From Chitinophagaceae bacterium UBA3430 (GTDB lineage: Bacteria; Bacteroidota; Bacteroidia; Chitinophagales; Chitinophagaceae): 47,870 bases of DNA. The stretch is from the NCBI GenBank assembly GCA_002378975.1, contig DFST01000109.1, forward strand, positions 1 to 47,870, read 5' to 3'. Positions 40,859 to 47,870 of the stretch are shown in pieces (the stretch's first letter is position 1; each line of letters opens with the position of its first letter). The notes under the pieces were generated by a model. The model was not told the origin of the DNA and searched no databases. It saw only the letters and a program-made list of their open reading frames with translations. The position numbers and the translations under genes are program-made.

Positions 40859-41562
40859 TGGAAGCCAAAAGACCATGCCCTGTTTTTAATGTGTCCACTG
40901 GATGCATGGATCGGATCCTGTGGCGTTGACTGATACCAAATACGACTTCGATCGCCCCATTGCCATTGCCCATAGGGTTGAACACCTACGCGCAATCGAT
41001 CTCCCAGTTGAAAGGAATAGCTCAGCCCCACCTGAGCACGTAGAAAAGGAATTGCCATCGGATTTCGATCCAAGCCAAGACGATATAAAATAAATGAACT
41101 GCGGTCCGTCCTCTTATAAGCTGTTGTAGTCGAAATCGCACTGCCTTCGTGAAACTGAAATACCGGCCCTACACGAAATTCCCATTCGAGCGATGCAGTT
41201 CGCTTGATCAAGGGACGTGAAAACGAAAAGTAGGGAAAGAGTTGAATCGATTCCAACCGATAGGTGGACAAATGAGGTTTCCACGGATAATAAGGCAAAG
41301 CACGATCCAACTCATAAAAAGGAGATCGAAGCACCACCGAACCCATTACACCCCAAGCAAGACCCGTTTCTTTTTTGCTCGGGAAGGCAATGCCCACCTG
41401 CCAAGTTCGATCGGACATAGTTTGTAGGCCATATTGTCCGGCAGCAACCTCTGAACTGGGTGGGGAACAGATTCCCCCACCCAACATCCATCGTACTTGT
41501 GCGTTTACATGCACCGTGAAAAGTAGGCCCATGCAACAGGTGAACAATTTGATTCTTGGCAT
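40834..41562 (-). CDS. Hypothetical exported protein, probable small beta-barrel (242 aa)
   Basis: Signal ending VNA|Q; strands WQVGIAF, WEFRVGP, AQVGLSYSF, WSFGFQCRF. ATG overlaps the upstream TGA (TGATG). Confidence 0.65.
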   Translation of the reverse strand: MPRIKLFTCCMGLLFTVHVNAQVRWMLGGGICSPPSSEVAAGQYGLQTMSDRTWQVGIAFPSKKETGLAWGVMGSVVLRSPFYELDRALPYYPWKPHLSTYRLESIQLFPYFSFSRPLIKRTASLEWEFRVGPVFQFHEGSAISTTTAYKRTDRSSFILYRLGLDRNPMAIPFLRAQVGLSYSFQLGDRLRVGVQPYGQWQWGDRSRIWYQSTPQDPIHASSGHIKNRAWSFGFQCRFERRS

Positions 41563-42797
41563 CAGAAACACCCTCCATTGCCCAACAGGTAGACTTGGTC
41601 AACCAGGGCTCGATTGTAGAATAAAGGGAAATTGATGAATTCCGTATTCAGACGCTGAATGGCCAGCGCATAGGGATGTCGCTCCGAAAATTTAGCCTTA
41701 CCGCGACGGTGTACACCGGCAAATTGAAACGGTTGCCCATTCGCCGGCCAAGGTTGATCATCGCACACATTCCATTGCTGCGTACAATAGGCAATGCCCA
41801 CCACCTGCGTCTTATCCTTGACAAATCGATTCCGCTTGCGCTTGTATAAATGCGCCTTCCCCCAGATCCGGGTACGCGTGGATCTGAAATCTGCACGCAC
41901 TCCGCGCTGACCCACTTGATAATAAATACGACGCTCCACATCGGGACTCAGCTGTTGCATCACATTGACATCACGCGTGTCACTTTTGATGCGGGCGGTG
42001 ACTGTCGGGCTGCAATCGTAAAAAACACCTTCCTCCAGCCAAGCCAAAATCTCCTTGATGTTGTCCCAGTTATTAAGAATAAATAAAACGATGTCCTTGA
42101 ATTTTGTTTTTTCTGTAGCCCCACCCTCCGAATAAATATTTTGGATCTTCCTGAGTGACTCCTCAGGCTCGCGAAACGAAATCGCCCAATTGGGATCAAG
42201 AACCGACCAGTACATCTCTTCTTGAACGGGCAATTCATCAAACGGATGCGGATCCTTCCACACCAATCCTTGCCGCTCCAACCACTCTTCCTCCACCTTA
42301 GCTTGGATCAATAACATGGATCGAAATCCCAAATAACTGGCAAAGTACGTGGAGGCATAATGATCGTCGAAGCGGATTAGTTCCTCCAAGTAATTGTCAA
42401 ACAACTCTTGATAAGCATTGAATGTAAGGTCCTCGGCGCAAAGCCCCTCCGTCCACGACTCTGCCAAAATTCTCTCCCGCAATTGCGCATAGATGCTGTC
42501 GCACTCCGCATCCAGATCACGCAACTGCATGGATAATTCCACGGCCGATCGAAGATTGTTGACTTCCAGCATCGACCCAGCAATCCGTACTTCATGGGCA
42601 TGGATCAACTGCTGTACCGACTCGCGAATGCCAACCAACTGCTCCTGGGCTTGGAACCGCTCAGCATGAATGCGGTTTTGCAAATCAGCATGCCCCGACA
42701 AACAAGCATTGAAGCGGTCCTGTCGATCTGCCAACGATTGGGCAGCAAGCTCCGGCAGCGTGAGCAACAACAAACAAAGCATAGTCAAAAATTTCAT
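41562..42797 (-). CDS. Hypothetical secreted protein (411 aa), acidic helical N-region and basic Cys-containing C-region
   Basis: Signal MKFLTMLCLLLLTLPELAA|Q; long uninterrupted ORF with no family I can name with confidence. Confidence 0.75.
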   Translation of the reverse strand: MKFLTMLCLLLLTLPELAAQSLADRQDRFNACLSGHADLQNRIHAERFQAQEQLVGIRESVQQLIHAHEVRIAGSMLEVNNLRSAVELSMQLRDLDAECDSIYAQLRERILAESWTEGLCAEDLTFNAYQELFDNYLEELIRFDDHYASTYFASYLGFRSMLLIQAKVEEEWLERQGLVWKDPHPFDELPVQEEMYWSVLDPNWAISFREPEESLRKIQNIYSEGGATEKTKFKDIVLFILNNWDNIKEILAWLEEGVFYDCSPTVTARIKSDTRDVNVMQQLSPDVERRIYYQVGQRGVRADFRSTRTRIWGKAHLYKRKRNRFVKDKTQVVGIAYCTQQWNVCDDQPWPANGQPFQFAGVHRRGKAKFSERHPYALAIQRLNTEFINFPLFYNRALVDQVYLLGNGGCF

Positions 42798-42977
42798 GAT
42801 GAATATTTTTTGTGAATTAAATGAGTGGTAAAGGTGTTGGGATACCCTTGTCAAATCCTAGTGATAACCCACTGAATTCAAGGAGATTTTACTCGCCAAT
42901 AAATGGGAAAAAAACAAAGAGGAAAATCAATGCAATGGCTGATCTTAAAAATTTGCAGAAGGCGGGGAGAATTTTCG

Positions 42978-42985
42978 TATGTTTG
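42978..42985 (+). promoter_or_regulatory. -7 promoter element (TATGTTTG) for the 67-aa gene
   Basis: Exact TAnnTTTG; a TTTG at 42952-42955 may be the -33 element. Confidence 0.65.
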
Positions 42986-43014
42986 CCCTTTCCTAACGAT
43001 TAAAATAGAAACAC

Positions 43015-43218
43015 ATGTCGAACGGACCCATCACCGCGTACAACGTGAAGACCAAAGAAAAAGGTGTCGAAATGAAAGATGCCGTCGTCACTAAAACTGC
43101 CAAAGGTGCCTACATGGCTCAGGGCAATGACGGAAAAGGAAACAAACTGACTACCCTCCTCGGCGAAGCCAAAGCATTGGCTGCCATCAAAGAAGGATTT
43201 GCCAAACAAGGCTGGTAA
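43015..43218 (+). CDS. Small basic hypothetical protein, 67 aa
   Basis: Own promoter, A-rich leader and strong terminator; 11 Lys versus 6 Asp/Glu. Confidence 0.85.
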   Translation: MSNGPITAYNVKTKEKGVEMKDAVVTKTAKGAYMAQGNDGKGNKLTTLLGEAKALAAIKEGFAKQGW

Positions 43219-43234
43219 TTCCTTGCCAACAAAT

Positions 43235-43268
43235 AAAAAAAGATCGACCCTAGGGTCGATCTTTTTTT
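43235..43268. terminator. Bidirectional terminator (perfect 34-bp palindrome)
   Basis: AAAAAAAGATCGACCCTAGGGTCGATCTTTTTTT between convergent genes. Confidence 0.92.
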
Positions 43269-43283
43269 TGTGCCCACTCGGAC

Positions 43284-46200
43284 TCAATTCGATTGCTTCA
43301 CCACTCGAACCACCGAACGAACACCCCGCAATTCGACTTGGATGGCATAGACCCCGGAGGCGATGACAGAACCGGATAGATCCAATAAACAACCATCCAA
43401 AAATCCGGTGGCAGTTTGCGTTTGTTGTTGGATCAGTCGGCCGGCTGCATCAAATATCTTCAGCCGCAACACCTCGCCTGCATTTGCTTGGAACACGCCC
43501 TTAAATAATCCATTGGACGGATTGGGATAAAATTTCACGATGGGCTGCGCATCATAAACAATCGGAATAGCTGTGGAATATACATACCATCCATCCCGAT
43601 GCACGATCTTCACTCGATAAAACCAGACATCCCATTTTGACGCACTATTATCCGAATAGGTGTAGAACTGTTGCCCTGCAGAGTTTCCTCCCGAGGTAAC
43701 CGTAGCGATCGTCTCAAATTGCTGTTGTTGCCAAGCTGCATTGCCTTTGGCAACCTGAATTTCGTGGGCAACGACGTCATATTCATAGGCCGTACTCCAT
43801 TGCAGCTGCGCACCCGTCGAACCGATTCGATCCACGTTGAAGGATCGAATTTCGACCGGCAACCCATTCAAGCCGGTTCGCCATCCACTATTTACCCAAT
43901 ACTCCTCCCAGGCTTTTGTCGGGAACTCTAGGTAATACCCATTTTGATAGGGCACGCGTCTAACTTGATTTCGACTCCGATAATTCCAGCTCCCCATGCC
44001 GTTATCGGCCAATGATAAATTTTGAGAGGTGGAGAGCGTATCGCGGTAACTGGTCAACCCCAGCTCAGCCACCGACCCTACCTTGACACAAGATGCACAA
44101 CCCGTAGCGAACACCAAGGAATCGGTTTCCCGATCCAAAAAATACAAGCGCACACGCGCCGTATCTGCCAGTTGGTTATTCCCTTTCAAGACCCAATTTC
44201 GGTCTAAATAATATTGACCGTTGGTATTGCGATCAGACCCACTGTGAAGAAAAGCCTGCACATCCACGTTGCCAGCAGATGGCGCAGTAGCCTGCAAGGC
44301 TGCCACCAATTGATTGCTTGCCACGACGGGCTGCCAACTCGGAGAGGCTGCCACCGACACGGAAATCGGCGTCGTCAAAGTTGGTCCTGTATAGATGGGC
44401 AAACCATTCTCGTATATGTGGATGTCATCCACCGCAACGCCATCGCGGTTCACCGAGCCGTCGGAGCGCATCACAAACCTAAGCCGCATGGCATTAAGCC
44501 CTGTGGGCAACGGAATGGTAGCGACATGCCAGCGTGTGTAGGACTGCGTACTCCAAACTGGATTGCCACCGGCATAATTTCGGTTGTACCAATTCACTCC
44601 CTGGCCAAATGCACCCAGCCGCAACCAGGTGATTCCGTCGGTGGTATATTCCATATAAGCCCCATCACAAAGCCCACCGGTACCACAATCCTCCAAATCC
44701 AGCGCAACCGTAAAACTCAGCATCGGTGTAGTCAAGCCGCTTACATTGAAGCAAGGCGAATACAAATAGGAAAACTCATTATCGTTGTACGATCCGGCTA
44801 AACGAGTCTTCCAAGACCTTGCTCCGCTACCCGTTCCGTTGATTCGATATGAATTTGGGGCACCCAAATCCCAACTGGCATTTACACCGCCGGGGAACCA
44901 ATCCGATGCACCCGACTCAAAATCCTGCAGGTACGGAAAGTTGCTGACGACAGGCAATACCCGGATCGCTTGAATCAACGTGTCGTTTTCCCGATAAGAA
45001 TCGGTAGGCAGGTCTACCCACACTTTCAACACATTCGAACCAGTCGAAGACAAACTCAGTGATTGCGTGAATGTGTATTGGACCGATGTATTTCCCGCCA
45101 ACGAGGCGATTGACTCGGTTACCACTGCCCCGCCATTCAATTGCATACGAACCGGAATGTTGGTCCGCGTTGAACCCACACTATTCCGAACGGTCACTTT
45201 CACGGATGTCGACGATCCGGCTACGCAGGACTGAACCGCGGGCTCATCAATACGAGTTAATTGAATTTCATCCCCGACTGTATACAGCTTCACATCGTCC
45301 AATGAATAGCCCGCTCCACTCCAATTATCGGCCGCCTGGTATTGACCCCACTGACCCCAGCGGATTTGGAAACTGCTACTGAATGACTGCCCATTGGCCG
45401 CGAGCAGATCCGATAACTCCAATGCATGGGCAGATTTATAAACACCTAAAGCCTCTTGGTTTGAAAAAAGATCATAGGCCTGGATCCACGGAGCAGCATC
45501 GTTGCCTCGTATCCATACTCGGTTGTTGGCATTCGACACTTGCCCATGTTGCTTATATCGAAAATCCAATCGAACCTCATCCGATAAACTATAATTGGAT
45601 AAATTATACGTGCCAATCAAATAATTCGTATTTCCTCCGCCCAGTGTGTAGCTCACATCCAGGGTCAAGGCCCGATCACCGGAATACGACATCCCATTAT
45701 TGATGAAGCTGCGCAGCCGACCCAAGGAATTGACAAACGAAAAATCATACCGATCGGATTCATCCAATCCCATTTGATTTTGAACCCAGGTTTGCTTGGG
45801 CAATTGATCGAAATTATCCAGCCAAGCCGGACTCAACACCAACGGTGCATTGCTCAACTGTCGAATCACACGCGTCAAGGAATTATTGGCTTCAATGAGA
45901 TCGGATGGCCCATCCACCATTAGTTTTATCGTATACAAACCGGCTGCCGACAAATCAGCGGTCGTTGAAAAGTTGTGTGTGTAGCTGGCTCCAGCCGCAA
46001 GATCCGTTAGCGTAATGTTCTCAGTGATTACCGCGCCCGCGTTAATCTGATAACTGACTGTGACCAGACCCGTATACGATACATCATCTAAATTCTTGAT
46101 GCGGATACCAATGGTTTGATTAGCCGGAAGCGACACCGAGGTATTCAGTCGACCCGAACTAGCCGGGCTCACCAATGCCTCCATTCGAAAATCATTATCC

Positions 46201-47870
46201 GAAATCAATCCGGCGCAGGTTCCAGTACTTGGTTGGCGGGATAATGAAACAGATCTTCGGCCTGCTTTGCCATTCAAACGAGGTCGAATACCCACCCAGT
46301 AAATCGTATCACGCGACAACCCACTGAAAACATAATTCGTCGTAGTGGATGGAACAATGGCAACGGATTGCATCTCTGTACCCACCAGACGCATGACCTC
46401 ATAGTCTGTTGCACCGGCAACTGCTGTCCAATCCATGGAGATATAGGTCTCGCATTGTACACTGGCCAGCGAAACCACCGGCAAGCCAATCAATAAAAAT
46501 GATTGCGAGGTACTGACCGCGTTGGTCATCGTATTAATTAAACGCACCCGCACTTGATCGGAGGGCAGGTTCGGTGTGATCCAACTGTATTGAACCGTGG
46601 AGGCCGTTAAGCCCGACACGATGGGCGTCCACGTTGAACCATTGTCCGTAGAAGCCTCCAGGTTGTACGTGCCAGCTCCCGGATAGGTATCCCACTGAAT
46701 GTTGATCGATTGTCCAGGTCGGAAAGATTCACCGCCGAGTGGAAAAGTCAGTTTCGCCGAAGGGGCCAATACCTCCCAACTGATGAAATAAGCTTGCGTG
46801 AGCGTATTTACCGAAGTACCCCGAACGCGAATGGTATAATTGCCGGCGGGAGGATTGTACAAGGTGATCTGCTCGATGTTGTTGATGCGATCTACTCCTA
46901 TAGCCGCTACCTGATTGACTCGAGCGGCGACGGTATCTAGGATACGAGGCAATAAAATACTTCCCGTGGGCGTGACCAATTCCAGATCCAAGTCGTTGAC
47001 TAGGGTCCGATACGCCACCATCGGCGCAGCGGGATCATTCCAATTCAACATCACTTTCAATTGTGCCTGACCTGGAGAAACCGTAAATGTTTTCAACCCA
47101 AATCCGCCATGGATCAATGTACCGGAGGCATATCGATTGTTCTCGAGAATATCCAACGAACGATCTAAATTCATCCATCCAAATCCATAGGTGTAATCGG
47201 GACCTTCATTTCCTTTATCAGTGGCTCCGTTACAAAGTAGATTCTTGACCAAGGCATTGGAGGGATTAGTCCCGGCATTCAGTTGCCGATAGCGCTGTAT
47301 CAACAAGGTAGCACCGCCGGAAGCACCCGGACAAGCCATACTGGTGCCATTGTTCGTATAGTAACTGCCGTTGCCTGTTGAGACCACCGCAGCTCCCTGT
47401 GTGGTGATCTCGGGTTTGATGCGGCCATCGATTACCGGACCGCGACTGGAAAAACTGGCTATATCACCCGTGAACTGAGTGGCGCCCACCGTTAATACAT
47501 TTTTGGCCGATTGATAACTGCCCAACACGGTTTTAAATCCGGTGGCATACGGCGGACAGGTGAGTGTTCCACTGTTTCCGGCTGCAAACACATGCAACAA
47601 TTCCGGAAGATCGAAAGCTTGCTGATCCCAGGCACGAGAATAGAGATCATACAAGCCGTTGTATCCACACTCGTTCACGATGGCACCGTAAGAATTATTG
47701 GTCACCACCATGCCCTCATCTCGAACATACTGCGGAGCGAAATCAAAGATCTGATTGAAATATTGAGCAATCAGCCGCGCCTTGGGCGCATAGCCAGCCA
47801 ACGTATCTACCCAGATACCAGCCCCAGCCATGGTTCCGCTAACATGTATTCCATGTTGACCGATGGACGA
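43284..47870 (-). CDS. S8 (subtilisin-family) serine peptidase with T9SS type-A CTD; 5' end lies beyond the window
   Basis: Frame is open to base 47870 (SSIGQHGIHVSGTMAG, catalytic His); FAAGNSG, FSSRGP..DGRIKPE, GTSMACP; C-terminal LPVEIRSF...YPNPSNG...IFDAAGRLI...GVY...VVKQ. Confidence 0.92.
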   Translation of the reverse strand, partial: SSIGQHGIHVSGTMAGAGIWVDTLAGYAPKARLIAQYFNQIFDFAPQYVRDEGMVVTNNSYGAIVNECGYNGLYDLYSRAWDQQAFDLPELLHVFAAGNSGTLTCPPYATGFKTVLGSYQSAKNVLTVGATQFTGDIASFSSRGPVIDGRIKPEITTQGAAVVSTGNGSYYTNNGTSMACPGASGGATLLIQRYRQLNAGTNPSNALVKNLLCNGATDKGNEGPDYTYGFGWMNLDRSLDILENNRYASGTLIHGGFGLKTFTVSPGQAQLKVMLNWNDPAAPMVAYRTLVNDLDLELVTPTGSILLPRILDTVAARVNQVAAIGVDRINNIEQITLYNPPAGNYTIRVRGTSVNTLTQAYFISWEVLAPSAKLTFPLGGESFRPGQSINIQWDTYPGAGTYNLEASTDNGSTWTPIVSGLTASTVQYSWITPNLPSDQVRVRLINTMTNAVSTSQSFLLIGLPVVSLASVQCETYISMDWTAVAGATDYEVMRLVGTEMQSVAIVPSTTTNYVFSGLSRDTIYWVGIRPRLNGKAGRRSVSLSRQPSTGTCAGLISDNDFRMEALVSPASSGRLNTSVSLPANQTIGIRIKNLDDVSYTGLVTVSYQINAGAVITENITLTDLAAGASYTHNFSTTADLSAAGLYTIKLMVDGPSDLIEANNSLTRVIRQLSNAPLVLSPAWLDNFDQLPKQTWVQNQMGLDESDRYDFSFVNSLGRLRSFINNGMSYSGDRALTLDVSYTLGGGNTNYLIGTYNLSNYSLSDEVRLDFRYKQHGQVSNANNRVWIRGNDAAPWIQAYDLFSNQEALGVYKSAHALELSDLLAANGQSFSSSFQIRWGQWGQYQAADNWSGAGYSLDDVKLYTVGDEIQLTRIDEPAVQSCVAGSSTSVKVTVRNSVGSTRTNIPVRMQLNGGAVVTESIASLAGNTSVQYTFTQSLSLSSTGSNVLKVWVDLPTDSYRENDTLIQAIRVLPVVSNFPYLQDFESGASDWFPGGVNASWDLGAPNSYRINGTGSGARSWKTRLAGSYNDNEFSYLYSPCFNVSGLTTPMLSFTVALDLEDCGTGGLCDGAYMEYTTDGITWLRLGAFGQGVNWYNRNYAGGNPVWSTQSYTRWHVATIPLPTGLNAMRLRFVMRSDGSVNRDGVAVDDIHIYENGLPIYTGPTLTTPISVSVAASPSWQPVVASNQLVAALQATAPSAGNVDVQAFLHSGSDRNTNGQYYLDRNWVLKGNNQLADTARVRLYFLDRETDSLVFATGCASCVKVGSVAELGLTSYRDTLSTSQNLSLADNGMGSWNYRSRNQVRRVPYQNGYYLEFPTKAWEEYWVNSGWRTGLNGLPVEIRSFNVDRIGSTGAQLQWSTAYEYDVVAHEIQVAKGNAAWQQQQFETIATVTSGGNSAGQQFYTYSDNSASKWDVWFYRVKIVHRDGWYVYSTAIPIVYDAQPIVKFYPNPSNGLFKGVFQANAGEVLRLKIFDAAGRLIQQQTQTATGFLDGCLLDLSGSVIASGVYAIQVELRGVRSVVRVVKQSN

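Noticed and set aside
43000-43392. 130-aa minus-strand ORF over the 67-aa gene
   Set aside because: Crosses the terminator palindrome and the protease 3' end; the plus-strand ORF has the promoter and terminator support.

Overview
This 47.9-kb window is chromosomal DNA from a Bacteroidota genome, probably Chitinophagaceae-like. Evidence for the assignment: TAnnTTTG promoter elements, type IX secretion (T9SS) genes, fused lpxC-fabZ and Gln-after-signal-peptide proteins. It is densely packed and mostly housekeeping: purA (5' part), rel, tRNA-Leu(TAG)-tig-clpP-clpP-clpX, class II RNR nrdJ, GGGP synthase, dxs, scpA, mscL, frr, a WecA-like transferase, the N-terminal half of transketolase, rbfA, an MsbA-like ABC exporter, acyl-CoA dehydrogenase, porX, an HD hydrolase, lpxD, lpxC-fabZ and gyrB. 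The T9SS content is two paralogous SprB-repeat type-B cargo proteins with one PorP/SprF gene, plus a large S8 protease with a type-A CTD that is truncated by the window end. I saw no integrase, transposase, prophage or CRISPR array. The least explained parts are: (1) a coupled three-gene operon of uncharacterised exported proteins at 40040-42797 (one secreted charge-bipartite protein and two probable beta-barrels); (2) a 67-aa basic protein with its own promoter and terminator; (3) the nrdJ upstream region (DnaA-box matches, a long inverted repeat, a leader hairpin); (4) the porX/MBL/HD nucleotide-hydrolase neighbourhood; (5) an in-frame TAG in purA at the window edge. All family assignments come from motif recognition by eye; no database search was run.
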